Source of the DNA: Zygnema circumcarinatum SAG 698-1b
Lineage: Eukaryota > Plantae > Zygnematophyceae
Reading direction: 5' to 3'
Assembly (NCBI GenBank): GCA_037447605.1
Contig: CM074814.1
Coordinates: 1,178,001 to 1,242,000 of the forward strand
DNA: 64,000 nucleotides
In this document: piece by piece, positions 42,424 to 55,379 of the stretch
Numbering within the stretch: position 1 is the first letter of the stretch
Layout: each line of letters starts with the position of its first letter
Program-made: the position numbers and the translations under genes
Notes under the pieces: generated by a model
Told to the model about the DNA's origin: nothing
Databases searched by the model: none
The model's input: only the letters and a program-made list of their open reading frames with translations

Positions 42424-43386
42424 GAAAGTACTCGGGTGGAAAAGGGGGGGGGAACTTTCAACTTTCATTCCACTCGGGTGGAAAATGTTATGTGGGGGTA
42501 CTGTACATCTTGTAAGCAGGGTTGACGCACTCTTTAGGGTATCGACCTTTCTTTTGTAAAATAAATTCTGTCCGACGGAAAAGGGTGTGTATCGATTCCA
42601 AAAAGGTGTGAGAAAAGCATTTCCCGTTTTTGAACTTTCTTAAAACCTGCCCCGCAGAGAAGGGGTGTGTCGAGTCTGTCGACCCAAAAAAGGGGTAAAT
42701 TTATCACTACCCTTGTTTAATCATATTTGAGTGAGGGTGTTGGTCTGTAGGGGAGTGAGGATAAGCCTGAGATGCAAGTGGTAGACATGGGAGAGCAATA
42801 GTGACACTACGTATACAAGTTGGTGGGCTTAACCCTCCCTCAGATTTTGATTCACCTTTGTTGAGGTTGGCATCCTCTAATGCGCCTGTGCTTGAGTTGG
42901 ATATCGTGCTTTCCTGATGTGCTCTAAAATCCTTTAACACGGATAATTAATCTCACTCGTAACCCTAATGCATAGCTTGAAGCTTTGCTGGCACAATGTG
43001 CACCGTCAAACAAGGATGAAGAAGACGACACAATGGCTTAAAGTTATGAGCTCTGTAAGCGTCATTAGAGTACGTCCTTTCACCACAACAAAAGTGTAAA
43101 TTGAACCTGGACTTCTGCCAACTTGGCCACAAGGGGGCTTCAACAGAGAGGTGAGCCTTCCAAATATTAATTCTCACGTACAACAACCACTACAAAATTG
43201 AAAAAAAAACATGTAACACTGGTCGCGTGGAGACCTACGTGCAACTTATTTCACAAGGACTGCAAACCCTTTCGGAGTTATTTGCTTCATTGTCGAGATT
43301 GGAACAGCCAAGTTTGAAAAGGCCTTCGGTGTCATGCATCATCTATGACTGGGGTTCGCATCCACCGCCATGTTCGGAAGCGACGT
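42424..43386. repeat. ~960-bp near-identical direct duplicate of 31861-32653 plus 38501-38670, lacking the Copia insertion
   Basis: Collinear match; reads aaacaTGTAAcactggtcgc with a single TGTAA at 43212-43216. Confidence 0.95.
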
Positions 43387-45009
43387 CGTATTAAGAAATG
43401 CTGAAAAGCTCTAAAGCGAGTACCCTCTCCCATCCCTCTCCCCGTCCCTCACATCCCAAAACTGCTGTCTTTTGGTCAGTCGAACCTACTTGAGGCCACC
43501 CTTGCTGACTGGCATGCATAGGCCTGCAACAAATGTGCAAAAAACACACACCATCAAGAAAGACATGAAATGCCATATCGAACTTTGATGAAAAAAAGGA
43601 AAAAGGAAAAAAACCCAATGTGAGTATATCATGGTATATCACCGATGGCCGCTCAGGAGCAATATACAATGGCAGTCAGAAAGGGCGACACTGACTCACC
43701 ACAGCTTAGCGGAGACCATTCTGCGGCCAAAGAAAATTCTTGCTTTCTTGATCCACAAAGCTTACGAGGTCAAAAATCTTCCCATCCTTCCCTCCTTCAC
43801 GTTCATGGAAGCCACAAGAGCTTGTCGTTCGTACTCCAGAAGAGTCTGCGCACGATTCCAGCATCAGGTTTGCGATTAGGCACGTCGTGACTGCATATGT
43901 TAGAAGGTTGCATAACCTAAGAAACGTACCTTCTATACAAAATTGCTAGACACGCTCTTACACCACTGGCAATGCAAAAGCAAAATGCGTGAGGGGCAAG
44001 CTTTCAGGATTCGGGCCAAAGACAGTGGAGTTTCACCATTTTAGAGACTTTCTTTCTGAGAAATGCCTGAGTCCTGTGTAACACAACGACACAGGCAACG
44101 AAGAATTATATAATCCCTTCACATCCCGAGGAGATGGAACTGACCTCAAGCTGACGACGTGAAAAGAAGTTCTGGAAAGTGCTTGACGGCTCCACCACTT
44201 TTTGCACCAAGTCGCTTTCATCATGTTCCGAAAGTCCAATAGTGCTTGCTAGATATGCACGCACCTGCAAGAAAATCCCACGGCTTTCAATTCATCCCCT
44301 CACGAATCTCTGAGTACGCCCGCTGCCCTTTCATCGGGCGAAACAGAGGCCGAACACTAGGAAAGCATGCTGGAAGCATTTCAATAACGCATAACTGGGG
44401 CGACTCTAGGGTTATTCATACACAACAAGGGATGCATGATGTGATGATCCCACACGGACCACTTTAAACACCCACATCGGCACATGCGGGCTGTCCAGTA
44501 ACTGACGACATCCACTGGGCTTCGTTTTTCAGCCATGACTACAAGAGATGTCTATTGAGCGTATATNNNNNNNNNNNNNNNNNNNNNNNNNNNNNNNNNN
44601 NNNNNNNNNNNNNNNNNNNNNNNNNNNNNNNNNNNNNNNNNNNNNNNNNNNNNNNNNNNNNNNNNNTATCGCTTCCTCCTGCAGTCTCCATTGTTGGTGA
44701 ATACTCCATCGTCGGCTGAACGGCAAGCCCCTTCTTGAAAACTGCGCCCTCTCTACAGAAGCTCCTGAGCAGCGTTAGACTATTGATATTGCAGAGCTGC
44801 ACTTGCACCAAAAAAGAGCAATAGAGAGAAAGTGAAAGAGAATCGCCCAATGGCGATTGGCCACGTGTACAAAGTTGTGTACGTGGCAAGATATCATTGG
44901 CGAAAGGTCTGCTCTCTGTTCTCTAAGGAGAAGGTTTTTTTGTTGGAGAGCTCTAGGGAGAAGGCGAGGAGGAGCGGAGGAGCGGAGGAGCGGAGGGGCG
45001 AGGGCGGCT

Positions 45010-48000
45010 ATGGCGTTCAGGAGGTCAGGACAGCTGGCGGCAAAAGTGCTCCTGCCAGGCCTTTCAGCGGAGGTGGAGCGAGGCGTTTCCAGGCAGCCGG
45101 AGCGCATATTGCGTAAGGCGGGGTCAGTCGGCCTCAGCCAAATCTGTCTGCCTTCGCCTTTGCAGAAGGCGATTAAGGCTGCCCTTGAAGGTGTGCCTCG
45201 TGCTCCTGTATCCTTATTGATAGCGGGATCCTGGCTGGAATCTGGCTAGACTTTGGAGTCTGAGACTGGCTCTGTGCTTGCAGACTCCCCTTCTCCTAAG
45301 TTGCGGAGAGATGTTGCGAAGCTCTCTGAAATTTTGAGGGCAAGAAGCAATGGCTGGCCTATTGCGGCTGCTTCATCCGATTCAGATTCAGAAAGCCAAG
45401 TTGCAGATTCTACACAGCCTGAGAGCAACAGCAGTCCGGGTTCGTGGGATGAGACTGGAAGATTGCTATCAAGGCTACTGAAGCCTGGGAAAGGGCCGCC
45501 CCCCGAATACCATGAAGCCGCTGCTGCCGCGTACATGGCGGCTCGTATGCCATCTTCGTATGCGGCCACACTCCGAGTTTTGCTGGAGGTAGTGCTTATT
45601 GAACGAAATGCCATATTTCTAAGAAAATGTCTCTTAATACGCCCATCGATCTTTTCTATTGCTTTTCGCATGGAATTAAAAGCTGGCATCTTTGTGAGTT
45701 TTAGGGTTCAAACATGCCTGACAAAACCTTGTTGTATGTTATTCTTATGTGGTTCTGGGAGTGTTGAATGTGTAGTGGGACCGTCTACCTTTCCCAAGTT
45801 TCACATTATAGGTTCTTTAATCGGTATCCTCATAAACGCAAGGAAGAAGTTTCTGAGGCAGCGGGGAGTGGAGCTGGGCGACAGTTAAAAACGCGTCTGC
45901 CTGATTTTCAACCATCTTCGATTTTGGACTTTGGTACAGGTCCAGGGACGGCCATTTGGTACGTGCGAATACATGCCTTTGTCGATATAACATGTTTTTT
46001 TGACTTCCAAGATCGCCATTGGCTACAGAATAGCCGAAATTTTAGATGTTTTTTTTCTGTCTATGGCGAGAACCTCAGTGGGAAGGGTGATTTCTGCAGG
46101 GCAGTGCAGGGTGCTTGGCCTCACAGCTCGCAACGGGTAGTTGCTGTTGAGTCTGCCCCAGCCATGATTCAGCTCTGTTCACAGTTGATGCAAGGTGAGT
46201 TGTGGTGCACTAATGGCTGCAGTGTGTAACTTTTTAGGGATCTATTTCTGAAGGACTAGCCTGCACTTGTTGATGTTTGAGATGGACAGGCCAGTTGAAA
46301 ATGCCAAGATTGCAACATTTTACAACTCTGGATACGGCTTCTCGAATGCTGCGTGGAGAAGATCGTCATTTTGACCTCGTTATTGCTGTAAGAACATGAT
46401 CACATGTCGCCTAGCCAATATGGTACCTGTAAAACTATAAGAAAAAAGTCTTGCACGAATGTCAGTCAAGTAGTTGATTTGTAGTATGATCCATTGCAAC
46501 TTTTGTGGAGATAACACGGCCAAGAGATTTTTTGGAGGCAGTCAAGACCATTTTGGTCATATGATTTTCCCTTGTCTAAAGTATATTCGTTTCGAATAAT
46601 TGTTGAGATCTGTGTTCAAATTCATTGCTGGACATGGCCAATACCATGGGCACAACATATGGGGTAGTGGAGGAGTGCACAAAGACATGATTTACGACCT
46701 CTGCTTACGAGGACTTGAGGACCTAGAGTCGTCCTCTCTTTCTACCATCTTCTGATGCTGGTTTGGCATACTTGGAGTCGGTCTAACAGTGGACTTGACT
46801 TCCTTTGTAGAAGTGCCGTCTTGGGCCTTGTGTCTGTTGAACTTGGACTTTTTCTTGACTCACGACATTGTAGATTTGTCTTCATCCATTGTCTCAGAAA
46901 ACTCCAAAGCTGTTATCTGTATACGCAAGTAGAGAGTGACAGCATCGAGAGGACATCTCTTCCGAAGTTTGCGGATGAAACTGACGGACAGGTCCGCTCT
47001 AGTAGAATTTCTCCGTGTTCACCGCCCTTGAAGAGGGTCAATGTTCTCTTTGGCAGGCTAATGTTTAGCTTGCATGTGTTGACAGGCATATTCACTGGGA
47101 GAAGTAGAAGATGAGGAGTTTAAGAATGTAGTACGGAGATTATGGAGTCATACACGTGACCTTCTGGTGAGCTATTGCTCAAGAGCTGCAGATCTCTTCC
47201 CTTCCTCTGTCTTACTTTCAGGCATCATTTAACCTCGCTAGTCCTCAGGTGCGAGGAAACTTAGGAAAATTTCCCTCAGCGTTGTGTGGCTCATAGATTT
47301 TTCCTATGGCATTGAGAATGAGCACTTTGCAGGTACTTGTGGAAACGGGCAACCCACGGGGCTGGGAGCTAGTAGCACAGGCTCGCGCGCAAGTGTTGCA
47401 GCAAGAACTAAGGGTGTGTTCTTTCTCCATGACATCACCTTTTTCTGGGCTTGGACAAATGTATGCAGCTGAAAGAGGAACCTATTAAACTCTTGAAGCA
47501 GTTGATTGTGAGGTATCTGATGTTCGTTCTGGAAAGCTCACTCTTGCAGGCATTACGCAAGAAGGGCCCAGATATGGTGAACAAGCCCGGGGACCCTCCA
47601 CTAGGCGCACATGTCGTGGCTCCTGTGAGTACATATGGCTGAGAAAGGATGACCTTAGCCACATCAGGCTCAGATAGGTTTATTTTACGCATGTGGATGT
47701 GATTATTAAGAGACATCCATATGTTCATCGTGAGTGAATCCATTTGAATGGGATAGGCCAACTCATTCTGACCCATTTTTGCGTAAATTGTACACAAGCA
47801 GGAAGGTCGAACAGATAGAAGCGCTGGTTGTATTCAATTGCACACCATGCCCAATGCTGGCACTTGGAAACTTTGGAATGGTGACTGCTTAGTGTAAAAA
47901 GCGTAGGTTTTGGTTTAAGCTACTGATGATGAGATTCGGCCATTGGTTGAACCTTCTAATGGATGATGCCTGTAGGATATCATGGTAAGTTGAGGAACAT

Positions 48001-49638
48001 GGTATCATGGCTACACCCGACAAGCAAGCAAGCAAGCAAGCAGGTTGCAATGCAAGGTAGCATATTCTTTGGTTTCGTCCCCTAATTTTTGTAAGCTTTA
48101 CTTTTATTGTTGCTGCAGTGTGCCCATGATGGCCGCTGTCCCATGGATGGTACAAAAAGTTGGTGCCACTTTGTCCAGCGCCTGCAGAGGAGCGAAGTGC
48201 AACGGTTGGCTAAGGTATGGACACATTCTGTTGGTGAGCAGCTAGCCGTGTTGAAGTAATGGCCAAGAAGGAAGGTTCAATATGAGCGATTGTGTGTACA
48301 TCATTTCTTGGATTTGCAGACTGAGGTTGTTGAACTGTGGATAGTTGAACTGATGCACTGTGTCAAATAGGAATTGAGGAATCCTTGAAGCATTCAGTAC
48401 TATTGCTACTCATCTTGACTGAGGGCGTGCAGAAAGCGGCCGGCCAAACCATATCGTATAACTATGAAGATGAGAAATTCTCATTTGTAGTCCTCAGAAG
48501 AGGTGACCGGCCAGTGTAAGCCTCCTTTCCGCTGTGGACGAGTGATGTGTCCTCTGCCGGACAGACTTATTTGCCAAGCAGGACGGCTCAATACTGCGAT
48601 ATTGGGTTGGTTTTTTCTGTTGTTTTCTGGTTGTCATCATCCAGATGTTCTGTAAAGTGAAAGAATACAGGCGCAGGCTCCTACTCCTCTGTTGAAACCA
48701 ATTCTTCCTTTTATTCACTATTGAGTGTTTTTGAACTGGCAGGAAACCCTCTCCTTTAGCAAATTTGGAGGAACTTGAAGCCCGTACGAAAGATGCGAAG
48801 GCGATTCAACAAGAAGTCAGAGCGAAACACAGTGAGTCAATTATCCAACATAAGCTCTTTACTTTGGTATACGTGCTTCAGTTGTATTTACCTTTGCTGT
48901 CTTTGAATGATTATTTTAAGCGTCTCCATTCTTTGGGTTTCCGCCAGTTACCCTCATGATTGCTACTTCTGACGGTTGAATGGGGATCTGCTCATTTCAG
49001 ACACCTACATGCTGCACCTTCATGAGGCCTTAAGGTTGAAACCCAAGAATAAGACAGCAGAAACAGAAACTGACGGCACAGTCGAAGTGGTGACGGAAAG
49101 TGTAAAGGAAGGCAGTAGTACAGAAGATGTATGGCGGGCAACTGGTGAAGATGGTCAAGATAAAGTGGAGGAATGGGCTGAAGCAGCGTCTGCAAATGGT
49201 TCAATGGAAGTGCCTTTCCAGCAGGCTTCAACAGCCTCCAGTGATGGCAATGCAGTGCGCAAGGGTGCTGAAAGCGCCATTACTGAAGAAAACAGTCAAA
49301 TGAGGGAAGTAGGGGAAGGAGCAGACTTGGGGGAAGGAGATGAAGATGAAGAGGAAGATGAAGGGGAGGGAGGCAGAGAAGAAGGGGAGGACATGGATGA
49401 CGACGGCGAGGGAGATGAAGACGAAGAGCACATGATAGCTGAGGTGAACAGTGGATGGGCGCGCATTGTGAGGGCACCGCGTAGGAGAGGCGCTCATGTG
49501 TTGCTCGACATCTGCTGTGCAACTTCAGAGGATGGGAAACGAGGGGAGCTGCAGCGCCACATCATAACTCACAGAAGCCGCAAGCTGGAGTACCGCTATG
49601 CACGCAATGCACGCTGGGGGGACCTCTGGCCCTTGTGA
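45010..49638 (+). CDS. RSM22: Mitochondrial small-subunit ribosome assembly factor / methyltransferase-like RSM22 (METTL17), ~12 exons
   Basis: AYMAARMP, ILDFGTGPGT, FDLVIA|AYSLGE, LVETGNPRG, HVVAP|CAHDGRCP..WCHFVQRL, YEDEKFSFVVLRRG, WARIVRAP.RRG.HVLLDIC, YRYAR.ARWGDLWP. Confidence 0.92.
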
Positions 49639-51831
49639 AGCACCTGACTGCCCCCTCGTCTCCTCCATATCGTTTCCATATCGAGCGAGCCGCGACAAAA
49701 CAGGAATCGTTCTTCTTGTATGTGAGCCTTTCTTCAAAGCTCGTGGGAATCTCTCTTGTTATGTTTTTCGTTTGTATTTTTTGTCACACTTAGTTGCCAT
49801 TCATGGTATATAGCAGTCTCATCACGCGGACCTCCTCTATTCGGAGTTGTCTCTTTGAAGGAGTTTTATTCAAAAAATTCTTTGGTGTAAACTCCAGTGC
49901 TCATCACTTTCCTGTCTGGGCAGATCTCACAACCTCGGAGTATGGTCGATGGAGTCCCATCGTCTTCGCATGATTCAAAAACACTCGCGAATTAGGCAGT
50001 GTGGCGCAGCGTAGTTTTTTTTGTTGGGAACAGAATTGTAACGAGTAATGCGACCAACTCCTTGCCGCATTTCTGTTCTCCTATGAATTCCGGTGAAATA
50101 AAGTCCATGCATCTTATCTGCATACTAAAGGCTGATGCTATTTCTGCCTAATTCACAAGGAATCTGCCGCTAAGAATTTCCGCAACAGTTTTGCGTTACA
50201 GCGACTCAATTGACTTCAGCTGCAGAACCTTTTTTCTTTTCCGTCCTTCGTCAAATGAAAGCCGCCATCAGCACAGATCCACTGTATATCTGGATTTATG
50301 TTGTTGACTTCCTAAAGAGTGAGTTTTAGGATATACAGTCTATACATTGAAGCCTATTTACTATGAGCTGTCTTGCGCATCATATTGCAAGGCCGTGGAT
50401 GTAGAAACGTGGTGACATGTTCTGCATGACGCCATCAGCAGATGGCATTTCTGTCGCAATGGCGTTCGTTTAATATGGAAGTTTGTAAAGTCTGGCTATC
50501 TGCTTTTAATTGGATGAGGACGAGCGATTTCCTTTGATGGATGGAACAACGGGATCCACGGCAGCTGCCTGCGCTTGCTGCAGCATGTTCAGGGCACTGT
50601 TGCGTCGTAAAGCTTCCATATGGAGAAGCAGAGCAGCCGTGTTGTAACGAAGAGCGGAAAAGCTGAAAGAAAAGAAAAACACAGAATCTCCATGAATATT
50701 AGCGACACAGGAGAAAATCTGCTCGAGCTTCACGCTGGGAGGAACGAGAAATTCTGTGCTTTCTAAATGCGGGCAATGGCGCCAAGTGCTAGTTTGACAT
50801 CAACTTGGAAAGGTCTGCAAGCATGTGAGCATGACTTCTGCGTCAACACGATTCTCTCCAGAAAACTCTCCACTCACACAGGAGGGAAATGCGTTCCGAC
50901 AACCTTCTTGACCGACCTCAGCACATCTGAGTTTCAGCTACAGCTCTTCACCTCGATGCATCGAGCTCGAGAAGATGCTCACTTCCATCACTCAACTCCT
51001 GTACCTCCGGCATGGGCGGAACACATCAATACCTTAATCAATCGTCTCCAGCAAAATCCTGACTCGTCTAAGCATCAAACTTTCAGCCAAACACAATTGG
51101 AACAGCGAGAAAAATCAAACAACAAATGATGAAGTTCTGAAGCCTCACGTGATACAAGCTCACTGAACTCCCGCTCACGCGGTATCGAGTAGCTTGCAGA
51201 GATGAGAGCCCTGCCGACTTGCTGCCTTCGGGTGCAGCTTCCAACGCCATGGATTCCCTCCTCCTGCACTGCTAACCCTAATCACCCTCCTCCAGAAACC
51301 CTAATCTAGCACCTCCGCTGCCTATGGGGCATTAAATAGTCTAGAATCTGTCAATGGCGTTTCGTCACGTGTACAAATTCTTATACGTGGCGTATGTTGA
51401 TTGGCTGCTGGAGAATTCATTGCGAAATCTGTTTCGCAAATTCCACAGTACGGATCAGCCATCCCTAGCCAAGTGTGGAGTACAGGATCAACTGAGGTGG
51501 ATCCAGTCACTGGCAATGGTCTCAACCATCTCCGTGAGATCCACGCTGCTCTTGATCCAACAGTGACCTCCGCGAACAGCGCACATTTTAGCGAATCAAA
51601 TGGTCCCTTTGCGCGCGTGGATCCACAGTTGATTCTCAAAGTTGAACCGCCATCCGCACTTGCCTCTAAAGGCTAACGAGGGGGGGAGAGTGGAACACAG
51701 CTTTAGTGGGAGAGCGAGAGGGCGAGAGAGAGGGGGGAGGACGAGAGGCGGAGTGAGGCTGCTTACAGTGTAGCAGGCTTCCTTCGATCAAATTTAGGGT
51801 TTGGTTCCCGTCAATCTCCCTCCCTGCAAGC

Positions 51832-53915
51832 ATGCTTGCATCGAAGGCTTCCTGCAGCGCCTCACTGCCTGATTTAGGGCAAGTCCTGCACGCGCACTCT
51901 GGAAGGACAGCTTTCCTTTCGTCGTTTTCAAATACCAATGGCAGATCAAGAATGCAGACCGCAGCTTGCAGCAGTCATAGCTGCCGCCTTGTTGTGGTCT
52001 GCGATAAGAGCATGAGAGGCACACGCATTGAATACAATTCCCCTACGGAGGGCTGGCTCGGTGAATCACCTTCACCTTCATCGATGGCTCCCAGTGGAGA
52101 TCGAGCACTCCAGACGGTTCCAAGAGAGATTTTGAGTCTCTTGTTATCTGCGCCTGACAATCATTACATGTACGTAGACTTGAGACCACAGTCGTCCTAA
52201 CAACCAAGACTATTAAAAAAAACCGAGAGGCAGAAATTGAACAACGATGGCTAAAGCAGAACAGAATAAGGGGAATTTTTCGATGCATTGGAGTTGAGGT
52301 ATGAGAGAGGGTAAATAGAGAGAGGACAGCTTATTCAATCTCTACGAGGTGGTTGAAATGCAGATTTCTGGGAGTGAGCCCTGATGCTGATCCGGAAATG
52401 ATCAAAGCTTCGTATCGGCGACTTTCCAAGCAGTAAGAGTCTGCCTTTGCCCTGCTTTGGATCTCAAGTCATCTACTCTCCTTTACACACTATGCAGGGT
52501 CCTGCATCGTTCGCAAGGGGGATTGTCGCCCTCACATGATTGCAAGGTCTTGCTTCCCCCACATAGCAGTGAGGACTCAGCTTATTATCATGACCTTACA
52601 CTAAGTGGACACGCCATTAGCCAGCCTTTAATAACGTCTTAAACCTGGTACTTTGAAATTTTCGTGATACGCATTCTATGTTGTGCAATGGAACAAAAAG
52701 CCAAAACAATTGAGTAAAAGAGTGGACCTAGACGTAAATTGTATATTCGGTTTCGTCCCCACTCGTAGCACAGAATACTCTAGCGGCCCTGGAGTGGTCT
52801 TGGCCAGTAAATGCTTCTCACAGCGTATCAAGGCCTGTTTAACGTTTTAAGGGATACAATAGTGCAGGGTTCCAACTCACATGAAGCCAAGCAATGCACT
52901 TGAAGGCTTTAGACATTGCCCAATATCTTCGGGCCTAATCGTTAACTGAATTGACTGCTTCACTTGGGTTGACAGTGTGTACAAGATTCTCTGGCTCTTT
53001 GTAGATAAATCGTATGACCATTGAACAGCAAGAAGGTTGTATCGGCAGCAGAGGCTTTTATCTTGAAACTCCGCACTGGCTACATGTCCTAAGCAGACGG
53101 CGTGATGACTTGAATGCATCACCATGGGTTCACAGGCCTCGACTAATTCAGCCAGCTAATTGAATGCAAGCTGACTGCCTACGCTTGCTGCAAATGCTCG
53201 TGGAGTGAAACAAACACAGTGTCATTCAGGCCGACTTGGTTCATGATTGTGTGTTTGATAAGACAGTTCAGCTGCTGGAAATGATTCAAGGAAACCCATG
53301 AAGGGGATCTGTAGTCTTGCTCTGGCTTCATCGCCATGCCACCTGTCTCCATTCTTGGTAGCCAGGTTTGCACAGCCCCTTATGGCAAGCTCGCATAGAA
53401 AAGATTAAGACTAAGATTTGGTTCGTCTGCTGACAGGTTCCACCCGGACACAACAGACCTACCTATACAAGTGGCAGCGCAGAAGTTTGTTCGTCTGAAG
53501 GAGGCTCACAGTGTGCTAAGCAGCCCGGAAAAGCGACGCCTTTATGATTGGCAGCTGTACGCCCTCTACTCCTCTCCTGCCCTGCCTTGCTGCTGGGCAC
53601 TCAACCTCGTTGCTGTCTGCCCGGACTGAATTAGGTGAAGTATCTTTTGCTCAATAACCTATTTCTCCTTTCTGTCTCTGCAGCGCCCAACAGCTGTCAG
53701 AGCAAACTACCGGAAAGTTTGTCTGGCCATATGAAGTAGACCAATCGCAGCAAGGACCGGGCTCCCGTCCCCGAACAGCTCGCAATGCTGGAGCAAGCAA
53801 GGACGGAGTTCAGCCCCTTCAAGAGCAGTCTATAGCAGCCCTTGCATTTGACGGCTTCGTGTTGATTGTTGCAGGCATTGTCATCATCTATGTGCTGTAC
53901 TTCAAGAATCGTTAG
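51832..53915 (+). CDS. NdhT: Plastid J-domain protein, NDH complex subunit T (NdhT/CRRJ)-like; exons 51832-52169, 52364-52432, 53437-53556, 53684-53915
   Basis: Transit peptide, TRIEYNSPTEGWLG, DNHYIFLGVSPDADPEMIKASYRRLSKQFHPDTTDLP..AAQKF, RRLYDWQLAQ, C-terminal TM AALAFDGFVLIVAGIVIIYVLYFK. Confidence 0.8.
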
Positions 53916-55379
53916 TTTACGATCCTAAGGTTGTGCAATATATTCTCTAGGTACAAAATTTGTGTATGAAATTCTTGTATTCATATTGAAGGGCCTCTAC
54001 TTTTGCTGCAGTCCCTATAGGGAAGCGCAGGAGGCCTCAAGTAGGACCTTCAAATTAGGGACATTTATAGCTCATTTATTCCGTACATTGTAGGCTGACA
54101 GGAGCTGCTCAGCTTCCGATTTTCAGAGGCGGCTTTAAAAAAATCGCGTTCGTCCCTAAGGTCGATGTTCTAAGTTTTAGGGTTTGAGATTTCTTTGTAG
54201 CAAGCTCCGGTGGCTGCGTAGCGCTGCTTATGGTAATCGTTGAACTCACTCGTTGGGAATAATGTTATGGCGACACTACTTCGATATATTTAGTTCAACT
54301 TTTTGTCACCAGAAATGGCAGTTGCTGATCAGCGTAAAGGAAGTGACGATCGTAAATCGAGGAAGCTTAACACGTGTGGAGATGTTATGCGCATCCATTT
54401 TGAGAAGTCGCGTGGAATTTATGGGACATTTTTTAAACAAGTTATGAGGCCCAAATCAAACGCTGTGTTCTATTCGGCGCTCCCTCCGAACAGAGCCCTC
54501 ATGCACATGTATCAGCGGGGCCATGGCACATTTGCACACTACGAAGGGCGTGGGCTTCTGAGCAGTTATGCTTTCACAGGATTCAGGGTGCGCATTGCTC
54601 TTGTTCCGGAGGTGTGCTCTTGCATGCAAGTCAGTGCTCAGAAAGGAAATGAGACGCCGTTTGTGTGTCCAGATTCGACCAAATTGATTTAAATTACAAG
54701 ATAAATAGTAGTCAGACCCACACAGAAACCCTCCAAGCTGGGCCTCAAACATGTGGAGAATCCAGAGCATAAGAAGCCTGCCTCTGCTTGCTTCCCTGAA
54801 GGGCCTTCCTGCATGCATGACTTCACCAATGGAACATGGGCCATGCTGACCCACACACTTGAAAAACTGAGAATTAGGCTCAAAACGCTCAAATGTTAGG
54901 CTCAAAACGCTCAAATGTTAGGCTCCAATGCTTCAGGAGAATAGTGCAGATTGTTGGACCCCATCAAGCACCTCCAAGAATAGGGCCAAATGAAACCGAC
55001 CCAACTTATGCTTCGGCAAGAACGAACTTTATGGTTGAGTTTAGAGCTAAGGGGGGGAACAGGAATTTAAGAAAAAACAGAGCGAAATCAGAACAGTCGA
55101 TGAAGCGACAAGCCCGAAAACTTCAGGACAAAAAAGTGGTCCATATGACCAGTAATGAAGATAACCATAAAAGTTGAGCACAAACAAACAACCAGGCAAA
55201 CATCTAATTCAATAAATTTCATTATGTAAGCTACATAAGTGTACAACAAAAAGGCGAGCAGCTTCTATTCTGAATTGAAGAAATGAAGATCCTTCTTAGA
55301 ACCTTCATGGCCTCTTCGGGAGAATAGACAGACACGCTGAAAAACCAGATGAGGTGCGAATAGGCTATCCTGGGGCCTC

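Noticed and set aside
45208-45300. GTATCCTTA as a U12-type donor in RSM22 intron 1
   Set aside because: No TCCTTAAC-type branch point near a matching acceptor, and a standard GT(45191)-TGCAG(45283) intron restores the frame.
54877-54925. 22-bp direct repeat (ggctcaaaacgctcaaatgtta x2)
   Set aside because: A simple local tandem duplication with no spacers.
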